Assembly: GCA_963765205.1 (NCBI GenBank)
Contig: CAVXVB010000009.1
Location: 704,001 to 768,000 of the forward strand
Direction: 5' to 3'
Origin: an uncultured Verrucomicrobiae bacterium
Lineage (GTDB): Bacteria > Verrucomicrobiota > Verrucomicrobiia > Opitutales > JABDGR01
DNA: 64,000 nucleotides
Shown: positions 1 to 10,120 of the stretch, in pieces
How positions within the stretch are numbered: the first letter of the stretch is position 1
Layout of the letters: every line of letters starts with the position of its first letter
Program-made: the position numbers and the translations under genes
The notes under the pieces: generated by a model
Databases searched by the model: none
Seen by the model: only the letters and a program-made list of their open reading frames with translations
What the model was told of the DNA's origin: nothing

Positions 1-780
1 TTCGTGAAAAACGTGCAAGGTGTCGCCCACGAAATGCGCCGCCGAAGACATTTGGCAGCCACCACCCAACGCTCCCAGCGCGGCGCGTTCGACCAGCACT
101 GCGCGCGCGGTCTGCGCGCACAAGGCGGCGCGAAATTTTTTCGCGTCTGCGACGCGGCATTCGAGCGCAATTGCGCCCTGACCGGCGGCGGAAATCATTT
201 TTTCGACTGGCAATGGTTCGAACACCAAGCCGGTAAATTTCTCAATGCCCAGCCGTTGCAACCCAGCGGCGGCGAGGAAGGTTGCGTCAGCGGCGCCGGC
301 GGCGATTTTTTTCAGCCGCGTGTCCAGGTTCCCGCGGATTTCCGTCCATTCGACGGCGGGCCACCACGCCCGCGCCTGGGCCCGGCGGCGCGGGCTGCCC
401 GTGGCTACGCTCCGGGGGATTTTCACGCCCGCGCGCCGCACCAACACGTCGCGCGCGTCGGCCCGCGGCAAAAATCCGGCCAGCGCCAGGCCAGCGGGCA
501 GGGTGGTGGGCAGGTCCTTCGCGCTGTGGACAGCAAGGTGCGCGCGGCCTTCCAAGAGTGCCTCCTCCAATTCGCGCGTGAACAAGCCCTTGCCGCCCTC
601 TTGGGCCAGCGACCAATCGCGCTGGCGGTCGCCCGTGGTGGTCAATTCGAGCAACTCGATTTTCTTCCACCACACACCCGGCATCGCCGCGAGGGCCGCG
701 CGCGCCAACTCCGCCTGCCGCCGCGCGAGCGGGCTGCGGCGCGTCGCCAGCACCAGAATCGAATCAGAGGATTTAGCCAC
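1..780 (-). CDS. hemC: hydroxymethylbilane synthase (porphobilinogen deaminase), 3' end outside window
   Basis: Not in ORF track; manual translation from GTG 780 gives LATRRSPLARRQA, TTGD, GGKGLFTRELEEALL, AVHSAKDLP, TGSPRR, IRGNLDTRL, AAGQGAIA. Confidence 0.93.
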   Translation of the reverse strand, partial: MAKSSDSILVLATRRSPLARRQAELARAALAAMPGVWWKKIELLELTTTGDRQRDWSLAQEGGKGLFTRELEEALLEGRAHLAVHSAKDLPTTLPAGLALAGFLPRADARDVLVRRAGVKIPRSVATGSPRRRAQARAWWPAVEWTEIRGNLDTRLKKIAAGAADATFLAAAGLQRLGIEKFTGLVFEPLPVEKMISAAGQGAIALECRVADAKKFRAALCAQTARAVLVERAALGALGGGCQMSSAAHFVGDTLHVFHE

Positions 781-831
781 GGGAGGAATAGTGTTGTGCC
801 AAACCGTTCTAATTAGTGGACTGTTCGCTGC

Positions 832-2193
832 ATGGCAACCGCACAAACAGATTCGCCCGCGCCCCGCGCCCCGCGCGCACCCGTCGGCATCATTTTCCTG
901 ACCATCTTTCTGGACCTGGTCGGCTTCTCCATCATCTTCCCACTATTTCCGAAGATGCTGCAATACTACCTGCCCACCGCCGGGCAGGCCGGCTGGATGG
1001 CCGGCATCGTGCATTGGCTGCAAAACCTTTCCGGCGGCGCGTCGCAGCTTTCCGTCGAGGTGCTCTTTGCCGGATTGCTCGGGTCGCTGTATTCGGTGCT
1101 GCAATTTTTCTTTTCTCCCTTTTGGGGCCGCTTGTCCGACCGCTGGGGGCGGCGCAAGGTGTTGCTGGTCACGGTCGCCGGCACGGCGTTGAGCTACCTG
1201 CTTTGGATTTTCGCCGGGCAATTCTGGATGCTGCTCGTCGCGCGCGGGCTGGGCGGCATGATGGCGGGCAACGTCTCTGTCGGCACCGCCGCCATCGCCG
1301 ACGTGACGACGGCGGAGAAACGCTCGCGCGGCATGGCGATGGTTGGGATCGCCTTCGGACTGGGCTTCGTCCTCGGGCCGGCACTGGGCGGCTGGCTCTC
1401 GACGTATGATTTGGCCGCGCAGTATCCGAATGGCGTCGCCTACGGAATCAATCCCTTTTCCGCCTGCGCGCTGGCCTCCTTCGCGCTCGCAGTACTGAAT
1501 TATTTCTGGGTGCTCACGCGGTTCCCGGAAACCCTGCCGGCGGAGAAACGTGCCAGTCACCTGCCGGCGGATCGGAAAACCCCGACCGTTTCCGAGCGCC
1601 TCGCCGCCATCTTTTGCTACGACCACCCGGCCATCCTGCGCGCCAACTTTGTGAATCTCTTTTACACCATCGCCTTCAGCGGCATGGAATTCACCCTCAC
1701 CTTCCTCGCCGCCGAGCGATTTGGCTATTCGCCCCGCGACATGGTGAAAATTTTCGTCTTCATGGGCCTGGTGATGGTTGTGGCGCAAGGCTGGCTCGGG
1801 CGCAAGTATGTGCCGCGTTGGGGCGAGCGGCCCTCCGCCGTCCTAGGCCTGGTGTGCGGCATGGCCGGCTTTGTCATTCTGGCCGTCGCGCTGCGCCTGC
1901 GCTACTTTTACACTGGGCTGGCGATCTTCGCCGTCAGCGCCGGCCTGACCTCCGTCTGCCTGCCCGCGCTGGTGTCGTTGTATAGCGATGCCACGGCGCA
2001 AGGCCGCCACATCGGTTCGGCTCGCGCGGCCCAGGCGCTCGGGCGCGCCATCGGCCCGCTCATTTTCGCCATCATCTATTTCTGGGCCGGCGCTAAAATT
2101 TCCTACCTGGCGGGTGGGTCCGCGTTGTTGATCCCCGTCTGGCTGGCACTCCGGTTGCCCACGCCGCACAAAGGGCCGGCGGCTGCGTCCTGA
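832..2193 (+). CDS. MFS transporter, TetA/DHA1-like
   Basis: About 12 hydrophobic segments; motif A GRLSDRWGRRKV; motif C GLGFVLGPALGG. Confidence 0.9.
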   Translation: MATAQTDSPAPRAPRAPVGIIFLTIFLDLVGFSIIFPLFPKMLQYYLPTAGQAGWMAGIVHWLQNLSGGASQLSVEVLFAGLLGSLYSVLQFFFSPFWGRLSDRWGRRKVLLVTVAGTALSYLLWIFAGQFWMLLVARGLGGMMAGNVSVGTAAIADVTTAEKRSRGMAMVGIAFGLGFVLGPALGGWLSTYDLAAQYPNGVAYGINPFSACALASFALAVLNYFWVLTRFPETLPAEKRASHLPADRKTPTVSERLAAIFCYDHPAILRANFVNLFYTIAFSGMEFTLTFLAAERFGYSPRDMVKIFVFMGLVMVVAQGWLGRKYVPRWGERPSAVLGLVCGMAGFVILAVALRLRYFYTGLAIFAVSAGLTSVCLPALVSLYSDATAQGRHIGSARAAQALGRAIGPLIFAIIYFWAGAKISYLAGGSALLIPVWLALRLPTPHKGPAAAS

Positions 2194-2202
2194 AATGTTT
2201 GT

Positions 2203-2484
2203 TTAGTGCCGGCGGCGCGGGCCGAAACTGCGCATGGGCGCGCCGCGCGGGGCGACGGCGTTGCGCAAGCGGTAGGTGATGCGCGCCTTGTTCAGGTCGT
2301 AGGGACTCATCTCCATCTTCACCATGTCGCCCACGGTGATCTTGATGAAATTTTTGCGCAGCTTGCCCGAAATGTGCGCGAGTACCTGATGCCCGCCCGG
2401 AATCTCCACGCGAAACATCGTGCCGGGCAGCACGGTCACGATTTTTCCTTCAACTTCAATGGCATCTTGCGATTCGACGGTCAT
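2203..2484 (-). CDS. infA: translation initiation factor IF-1 with basic C-terminal tail
   Basis: [49 protein letters not shown]. Confidence 0.96.
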   Translation of the reverse strand: MTVESQDAIEVEGKIVTVLPGTMFRVEIPGGHQVLAHISGKLRKNFIKITVGDMVKMEMSPYDLNKARITYRLRNAVAPRGAPMRSFGPRRRH

Positions 2485-2719
2485 AATTAGGTATACGGCA
2501 GTGGGAGTTTGCGGCGGGGCGCAGCTAGGGGTTACAATGCGGGTGAGCCGGCCCCCCCGTCAAGCCGGAATTGACCCCACGCGTGGAAGAAGAGAAAAAA
2601 CGGGAACAGGGCGCGATCTTGCGGAGGAAAGGCGACTGAGGCGACTAAGGGGAAGAGGGGGTAGAGCGAAGCGGCAGAGGGAAGGATATCGGGTGGTGGT
2701 ATGGTTTGAAATCCTCGCT

Positions 2720-2888
2720 GCGGCCTGCAAGGCCGCCGGAGCCAAGCCCAGGGCCGAAGCCCGCTTTGCGGGCGAGACCCTGGGTATCGGATCAGTGAAA
2801 AAACATCCGCCCTGTCAGGGCGGGGGAATGGGTCTCGGACTCCTGCGCCCTGACAGGGCGCGAAATATTTTGTGGCATGCAGACCCAG
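2720..2888. repeat. REP-like palindrome cluster, right arm truncated
   Basis: gcggcctgcaaggccgc; cccaggg...ccctggg hairpin 2747-2784; inverted pair cgccctgtcagggcg (2808) and cgccctgacagggcg (2846). Confidence 0.65.
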
Positions 2889-3337
2889 AAATAAGTTCGG
2901 TAACCGAGACTTTGCGTCTGCTTGAGCAATTCCACTTTGTCGGGTGACGACATCACCGTTTCAAAAGTAAACGACGCCTTCCGTTCCAGGAGTTTTTGCC
3001 GGATGAAATCCGCAGCCACCGAGGCAAAATACGCATTCACTTTCGAGCTTGCGAAGTTCAGTCGCCCCTCGGCGAAGCGCAGGTGCTCGACCACGTCAGA
3101 CAAGCCGCCTTTTTTGAGCAAGACGGAATTTCGAAAAAACTCCGGCAGCTCATCCGCCGTGCTGGTGACCCCGTAAACGCCCAAATCTATAAAGCCCTGG
3201 GCCTGCAACTCTGCCTCAAGTTCGTCGGGGTTGATATAATACCCCCGCAATTCGGGCAGCAGCTTTTTCTTCAGAGTGCTCTTACCTGAGCCATTAGGCC
3301 CGGCAAACATGCGCATTCGTGGCGTCCCCGTGCTCAC
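2792..3337 (-). pseudogene. Zeta-toxin-like P-loop ATPase/kinase, C-terminally truncated
   Basis: Walker A AGPNGSGKST, YINPDE, FTFETVMSSPDK; after GYRTY the frame runs into REP-like DNA. Confidence 0.7.
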
Positions 3338-3561
3338 CGGATATTGATCTTTTGGCCAGGAGTGACTGGCGTGACGGGATCAATGGCTTTGACGCGCACG
3401 CGTCGGCCATCAGGAAAAAACTCATAGATGAAGCCTTGGTCGGTTTGCAAAACGCTCCGGCCCGCCGCCAACGTCTGCTGGCTGGCCTCGTGAAAGGCCA
3501 CGCAAGACATGGCGGGAAACTGACTTTCCAAGTCCAGGATGTTATTTTCTTGGTCGGCCAT
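3334..3561 (-). CDS. small hypothetical protein, possible partner/antitoxin of the Zeta-like ATPase
   Basis: GTGA overlap with the ATPase start; small upstream ORF. Confidence 0.55.
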   Translation of the reverse strand: MADQENNILDLESQFPAMSCVAFHEASQQTLAAGRSVLQTDQGFIYEFFPDGRRVRVKAIDPVTPVTPGQKINIR

Positions 3562-3661
3562 GGTAAACCTCTTTGTCAATACCTTAGAATATTTCGTCTC
3601 TCAAGGCAACCAAAGATTGTAATGGCCCTCTCTGCGCATCAGGCTGCGCCATGCTTGGCCT

Positions 3662-4816
3662 TCACTTCGCCGCGCTGGCCGGCGGCACGGGCAAAAACAA
3701 CATGCAAATTGGCCCGGGCGCGGCGATCGGGTCGCCTTGTTGCGTGAGCTTGCCAGTGTTGGCATCCACGCGAAAGACCGCCGCCGAGTTGGAATCTTGA
3801 TGGCCGGCCACAATCCATTGGCCCGTCGGGTCAAAGCCGAAATACCGCGGGGTTTTGCCGCCCACCGGCATATCTTGCACCAAGCTTAACATGGAGGTTT
3901 TCGGGTCAATCGCAAAGACGGCGATGGCGTCATGGCCGCGGGCCGAGGCATAAAGAAACTTGCCATTCGGGTGGAAGGCCAGCTCCGCGTCCTTGTTGAA
4001 GGCCTTGAAATCGGCGGGCAAGGTCGAGATGGTCTGGAATTCGGTCAGGGAACCGGCGCTGGCGTCCCAATTGAACGCCGTGATGGTGCCGCCCATTTCA
4101 TTGATGCAGTAGAGCACCTTGCCGTTCGGGGAAAACATGATGTGCCGGGGGCCGGAACCGGGCTTGACCGTGCCAAAGGCGGGAGTGTTGGGCGTGATTT
4201 TTCCGGTGACCGCGTCGAACTTGTAGATATAAATTTTGTCCACTCCCAGGTCGGTGCATAGAACAAATTTGTCCGCCGGGTCCGTGATGACGCAATGCGC
4301 GTGCGGGCCTTCCTGGCGGTCGGGGTCCACGCCTTTGCCGGCGTGCTGGTCGAAACCGGTCTGTTCGCCCAGGGAACCGTCGGGCTTGATGGCAAAAACC
4401 GCCACGCTGCCGCTGTCGTAGTTGGCCACCAGTGCAAAGCGGCCGGTCCGGTCGAGGCTGATGTGGCAGGGACCTTTGCCGCCACAGGTGACGTTGTTAA
4501 GCAGCTTCAATGCGCCGGTTTGGGCGTTAATTTCGTAAGCGGCCACCTGCCCCGCGGTCTCCCACCCTGAGTAGAGATGTTTGCCGTCGGCCGACATGAC
4601 AAAATACGACGGGCCACCGGCCTGGGCCGCGAGCACCGGCTTGGTCAGCACGCCCGTGTCGCTGTTGAAGCGGCCCAGCGAAATACCGCTGTCGGGGCCA
4701 CTGTTGGCGGTGCCATAGAAAACAAAATAATCCGCGGCCTTCAGCCGGGGTGTCGAAGCAGCGATTGCAATCGCCGCCAAGCCAAGTAGTGCCATCGAAG
4801 TGGGGTAGTAGGGCAT
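3662..4816 (-). CDS. secreted lactonase, Pgl/YbhE 7-bladed beta-propeller family
   Basis: GPCHISLD, VANYDSGSV, RQEGPHAH, GSGPRH, GGKTPRYF; signal-peptide-like N-terminus. Confidence 0.9.
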   Translation of the reverse strand: MPYYPTSMALLGLAAIAIAASTPRLKAADYFVFYGTANSGPDSGISLGRFNSDTGVLTKPVLAAQAGGPSYFVMSADGKHLYSGWETAGQVAAYEINAQTGALKLLNNVTCGGKGPCHISLDRTGRFALVANYDSGSVAVFAIKPDGSLGEQTGFDQHAGKGVDPDRQEGPHAHCVITDPADKFVLCTDLGVDKIYIYKFDAVTGKITPNTPAFGTVKPGSGPRHIMFSPNGKVLYCINEMGGTITAFNWDASAGSLTEFQTISTLPADFKAFNKDAELAFHPNGKFLYASARGHDAIAVFAIDPKTSMLSLVQDMPVGGKTPRYFGFDPTGQWIVAGHQDSNSAAVFRVDANTGKLTQQGDPIAAPGPICMLFLPVPPASAAK

Positions 4817-4876
4817 GGCGACCGATGCTGGCCATTGGCCGGGGTTGGGCAAGCCCAAAGAGTTAAGCGTGGCCAG

Positions 4877-4913
4877 GAAAATAAAAACAAGACCCGCGTT
4901 TCCGCGGGTCTTG
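4877..4913 (-). terminator. Rho-independent terminator after the DUF1552 gene
   Basis: caagacccgcg/cgcgggtcttg stem followed by a T-rich tract on the minus strand. Confidence 0.75.
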
Positions 4914-4938
4914 GAAAAAACAAAACTGTTGGCAGAAC

Positions 4939-6296
4939 TCAGGCGACTGCTTCAAGGGCACCTGTTACTGTCGCCAAACCGGTCCGTTGTTACGCCCATG
5001 CGGTTGAGCAGGGAGACGTAGAGGTTCGACATCGGGGCCGAGTCAAACTGGAGGTGGCGGCCCGGGGTCAGCGTGCCGGCGCCGCGTCCGGCCAGAATGG
5101 TGGGCAGGTCGTCGTGCGAGTGGGAGTTGCCGTCGCTGATGCCCGCGCCATAGACAATAATGGAATTGTCGAGCAGGTTGCCGTCGCCTTCTTGGACGGA
5201 CTTAAGCTTGTCGAGGAAATAGCCGAATTGCTTGACGTGCCAGTTGTCAATAATAGCCAGGCGGGCCAGCGCGTCCGGCTGGTTGCGGTGGTGCGAGATG
5301 TGGTGATGGCCTTGGGCGACGTTGATGAAGGGGTAGGGGCGGTTGCCGCCGTCGTGCGAAACGAGGAAGGTGGCCACGCGGGTGGTGTCCGTCTGAAACG
5401 ACAGCGTCATCAGGTCGAACATGAGCTTCATGTGGCGCTCGAACGTGTAGTCATGCGTTCATGTTGCCCATCGCGCCATCCGGGACGGCCGGGGGCGCGG
5501 TGCCGTTCATCTGGATGCGGCGTTCGACGTCACGAATGGAGGTGAAATACTCGTCGAGCTTGCGTCGGTCGGTCGTGCCGAGCTTGCCCTCCAGGCTCTT
5601 GGCCTGGTCCTGCACCAAGTCCAGCACGCTTTGATCGTAGTGGTCGCGCTTGGCTTGGGCCGCCAGCGCCTCGGCGGTGGTGCCGCCGCCGAAGAGGCGC
5701 TGGAACGCCTGCTTGGGCTCAATCTCCGGGTTCATCGGCTGGGTTTCGGAACGCCAGGAAATATTGAACTGGTAGGCGCAACTGTAGCCGGAGTCGCACG
5801 AGCCGGCTTCCTGGCCGCGGTCGCAACTCAGTTCGAGCGAGGGGAGCCGCGTCTTGTCACCGATGGTGTTGGCGACCACCTGGTCAACCGAAATGCCGGC
5901 ATGAATATCGGAGGCGGATTTTTTGGGATGACGGCCGGTTAGATACGTCGCGGAAGCGCGGGCGTGGTCGCCGCCGCCGTCACCCATGCCAAAGGCGTTT
6001 TTATGGGTTAGTCCCGACAGAATGGAGATCTCCGCCTGGTGCGGCGCAAGGGGCGCGAGAGTGGGGGAGAGTTCGTAATCCGCGCCCACTTTCTCGGGCG
6101 TCCATTTCGCCATGTTGATGCCGTTGGGGACGTAAACAAAGGCGACTCGTTTCGGAAATTCCTTTGCCGCGGTGGCACCGAGGGTGGAACCCAATAATTT
6201 GGTGCCGGGCACCATGGCCTCAAGCATGGGCAGGGCGACTACCGTGCCCATGCCGCGAAGAAAAGTTCGACGGGGTATTTGCCAGTTTTTGCTCAT
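4939..6296 (-). CDS. DUF1552 protein with Tat-like signal; two apparent +1 frameshifts (~5455, ~4966)
   Basis: PRRTFLRG, FVYVPNG, GGGDHA, SVDQ, CDSGYSCAY, HHHISHH, SDGNSHSHDDLP; ORFs 5451..6542 and 4952..5431 join. Confidence 0.88.
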
Positions 6297-6381
6297 GGGG
6301 AATAGCAGGGTTGGGAGAACCGCGATTGTCTCTTTAATGAAAAACAGGACAGGACGCAAGGCCAATTTTTTTGGGGGGGGA

Positions 6382-9300
6382 TTACGGTGTGTCCCCGTCT
6401 TTGTTTTCGCCGCGGCATTCCTGGAAAGGGAGGCTGTTGACCACGTCGAGAATAAGGGTGGAAAATTTATACTGGTTCTTGGCCAGATCCTGCGAAATCT
6501 TCTGGACCGTGTCCCGGTCGTAATACTCCGTGCCGCGTCCAAGCGCGTAAGTGAGCATCTTGTCCGTCAGCGTGCGGACGAAAGCGTCGCGCTTGTTCAC
6601 CGCGAGAATATTGGCCAGTTCCGCCGCGCCCTTAAACGTTTCCCCGCTGACGAGTTTGCCCGACGCATCAATCGGGAAGGACAGGGGCTGGGCCGCCGGA
6701 GCGGCCTCCTCCGCGGCAGGAGCATTCGGATCCGCCGCCACGGGGGCGTTCGCATCGGCGGCGGCAGGAGCATTGGCATTCGCCGCCGCCGGGGCATTGG
6801 CATCGGCTTGGGCATTGGCGGCCGCCGCATCCGCTGCGGCCTGGACATTGGCATCCGCCACGGGCGCGGTTTTCGGAACAATCACTTCCGCGTCGCGCCA
6901 GCGGCCAATGCCGTCAAAATTCTCCAATCCAAATCCAATCGGGTCCATGCGCGCGTGGCAGGAGGCGCAAACCGGGTCCGCCCGATGCTGCTCCATTTGC
7001 TCGCGCAACGAGCCGGTGGCCGTCTGGCTGTCGCCCTTCAATTCGGGAACATTGGGCGGGGGCGGGGGTGGCGGCGAGCCGAAGAAGTTCCTCGAGCACC
7101 CATTTCCCCCGTTTGACGGGTGAGGTGCGGGTCGGATTCGAGGTCAGCGTCAGCACGCTGGCCTGGGTGAAGACCCCGCGCCGCGGCGTGCCCACGAGCG
7201 AGACGCGCTGGAAATCCTCGCCCGTGATGTTGGGAATGCCGTAAAGTTTCGCGAGCGATTCATTGACGAACGTATAGTCGGCGTTCAGAAAATCGAGCAC
7301 GCTCCGATCCTCGTGCAGGATGGAGGCGAAGAACAGGTCCGTTTCCTTGAGCATCGCACGCCGCAGGTTTTCGTCGAAGGCCGGGTAGGTGTCGTGGTCG
7401 GGCGCGACAAACTGGAGATTGCGTATTTCCAGCCATTGCCCGGCGAAATTTTCCACAAACGCCTCCGCCTTCGGCGAGGCCAGCATGCGCTTGACTTGCG
7501 CGGTGAGGTTTTTGCGCAATTGGTTGTGCGCGGCGAGGGCGAGCAATTCGTCATCCGGCGTGCTGCTCCACAAGAAGTAAGAAAGCCGCGAGGCCAGCGC
7601 ATATTCATCCACCGGGTGGATGGCGGCCGGATTGTTCGGATCGGGTTGAATTTCGCCGCGGAACAGGAAATAGGGCGACACCAGAATGGCCTTCAAGGGC
7701 TGCTTGACGCTGGCGTCGAAGGAAAGGCCGTCCTTCTGCGCGGCGCTATACAAAGTCATGAGATTATCCACCTCTTCCTTTTGCACCGGACGCCGCCAGG
7801 CCCGGTAGGCGAAGGATGCGACAATGTTGCGCGCCATGTTGGTTTGCGGGTCGGGCGTGCCTTGGGCCGCGGTTTTGGCCTGGTCGAAAAGGGTCTTGAT
7901 CGGCGCCGGCATGGGCGGGAGCGCGGGCGGTTCATCCAAGCCCGCGATCTCCAGATGGTTGATGATCAGGCTGCGCACGCGCAAATTCGGGTCGGGATTG
8001 GCCGGGTCCGGCGCGGTTTCATTCACAAAGGCCGCGGAGAACTGCGTTTCGCCCGGCGGCAGTTTGATCTTGTATTCATACATCTGCGGCTGCGCCTGCA
8101 GCAAAAGCGTGGAGAAGACGGCCTGGCCGGGCGTGGGAATGCGCGTGGCCGGCGCATAAACATCGAAGGTCTGGACGGGCTTGCCGTTGATGCGGAACTC
8201 CATTTTGGCGAAATCCTGGCCCGTCTGCTGCGCATAGGCCTCGGCCCGCAATATGTATTCACCCTCCTTGGGCACCGTGAACTTTGTGGACACTTCGCCA
8301 TTGTGTTCGAGCACCCGTTCGCCGCGCTCGTTGAACTTGCCCTGGCCCACGACCGCCAGACTCTGCGCCGGATAGCGCACGCACAGGTTCGGCAGCGGCC
8401 CTTCGAGTTCCACCCACTTCACCATGATGGTGCCGCTTTGCTCCAGGCCGATGCGCCCGTTTTTCATCTGCAATTCATAAGCGCCGCCGCGCATCCGGTG
8501 GTTCACCATCGCCAGGCGGTGCTTGCCGGGCGGAATGCTGACGCGCGCCTCATACACGCCGGGGCTGGCCACGTCGGTCGCTGTGATGCCCCACTGTTGC
8601 ACGACGGTGTCGTCCATCATGCAGGTCAGGTAAATGGGTTTGGCCGGCGCCGCGCCGCGCACCTTGTTATACGCCTGCACGCGCACCGTGTAGTCGCCGC
8701 CGTTCACCGGCAGCGTCATCGCCACTTCATCCTCCTCCAGGGCCCCCAGCGGCATCCACCCGTCCCCGCTGTCCCCGTCGGCATTGAACCCAAACTCCAT
8801 CAGGTTCGCCTGGAAATGCTTCGTCTCGCTCGGGATCGCATCCGTGGCGATGGCCTCGTCGAGCACCTTGTTCGCCGCCGCCAAATAATCCTGCATCAAC
8901 GTCGGCGAAAGTGACAGCACGTCGGACACATTGTCAAATCCATAGCCCGAATTATCCGCGGGAAAATCATCCGCCGGCTGGAAATTCACCCCCACCAAAT
9001 CGCGGATCGTGTTATTATACTCATTCCGGTTCAGCCGGTGGATGGTCACGCGGCCCGGGTCGGGATGCGCCGGGTCGTAATTGTACAGCGTCGCCTCGAT
9101 CCAGTCGCCCAGTTGCTCGCGCTCGCCCGTGTCCGGAAATAATTTCGCGTCGCTCGGCGGCATCTCCTGCGTCGTGACGTGGTGCAGCACCGTTTCCCAC
9201 AACGTCCGGTCTTTCAACACATCGTCGGCCGTCTTGAACGAGTCCAGCGTGACATCCCCGCGCGATTCGCCGTTGCCGTGGCATTCGAAGCAATACTTTT

Positions 9301-9526
9301 CCAAAATCGGTTGCGCATTCTTGACAAACGACGCCGTCTTGGCGTCCACGCTCATGGCGGGCGTGGCGGCCGGCGTCGTCGCGGACTTCGCCATGGCCGG
9401 CATCGCCGTCGGCGTGGACGCGGCCATTGGTGCCGCAAACGAAGTCAGGCTCACGCCCAAAACGAGGGCGACGGGACAGATAAACCGGCGGGACAGAGAC
9501 AGGGGAGAATTTCGACCGGAAACCAT
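6382..9526 (-). CDS. DUF1592/1588/1587/1595/1585 planctomycete-type cytochrome c protein; +1 frameshift ~7090
   Basis: CxxCH twice (YCFECH, CASCH); RLNRNEYNNTIRDL; LASRLSYFLWSSTPD; RTSPVKRGKWV. Confidence 0.88.
6712..6807 (-). repeat. in-frame 24-nt tandem repeat, 4 copies, ADANAPAA-like
   Basis: ADANAPAA ANANAPAA ADANAPVA ADPNAPAA. Confidence 0.8.
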
Positions 9527-9554
9527 GGGGAGGTGGGAGGGAGTGGAGAACCCT

Positions 9555-9584
9555 ATTTTAGGCACGGCAAAACAAGGTTGTCAA
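9555..9584 (-). promoter_or_regulatory. sigma70-like promoter for the DUF1592-DUF1552 operon
   Basis: TTGACA-18 nt-TAAAAT, about 30 nt upstream of ATG 9526. Confidence 0.6.
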
Positions 9585-9686
9585 CCCTCGCGTGCGTGGC
9601 GGCGAAACCACCGCCTGCGGGTTTCTACTTAGGCGCGTCGCCCTTTAATCCGTTGCCATCCCGCGCCTCAGCCATTAATAACGACC

Positions 9687-10049
9687 ATGGCGAAGCAACC
9701 CAACGAGCGCGGGGAACGAATCCTGAAATATTGGTATCAGCACGTCCGCAGGATCATCATTGGGGTCGCCGGCGGCTCGCTGGTGGTTCTCGGCCTTGTC
9801 TTGTTCGTGCTGCCCGGGCCGTTCTGGCTGCTCATCCCGCTCGGTGTCGCCTTGCTGGGCACGCAGTTTCCCTGGGCCAAACGCTTGATGCGTCGCTCCA
9901 AGGCCTGGCTCCTGGCCAAGCTCCCCGCCTCCGAAGTCGGCCGCATTAACTGGCTCTTCGCCAAAGTCGCGCGCCTGGTCCGGCGCATCGCCAAGTGGCT
10001 GCGCCAGTATCTCATCAAGCCCCTCACGCCCCCCCGCAAGCGCGTCTGA
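9687..10049 (+). CDS. PGPGW-family small membrane protein
   Basis: Two TM segments around [12 protein letters not shown], then QFPWAKRL. Confidence 0.75.
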   Translation: MAKQPNERGERILKYWYQHVRRIIIGVAGGSLVVLGLVLFVLPGPFWLLIPLGVALLGTQFPWAKRLMRRSKAWLLAKLPASEVGRINWLFAKVARLVRRIAKWLRQYLIKPLTPPRKRV

Positions 10050-10120
10050 TTTCCGCCCCGGCCCCGCACGAATTTTATGGCCAAACGGCGGCGGGTTATT
10101 TCATCATTCCCGGCCTCCCC

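Noticed and set aside
4..816. Plus-strand ORFs over hemC and other long antisense ORFs such as 9737..11617, 16929..19211 and 7313..8914
   Set aside because: Shadow frames of high-GC genes with no recognisable motifs
5431..5460. TGA readthrough or selenocysteine in DUF1552
   Set aside because: The downstream part is in a different frame, so this is an indel, not recoding
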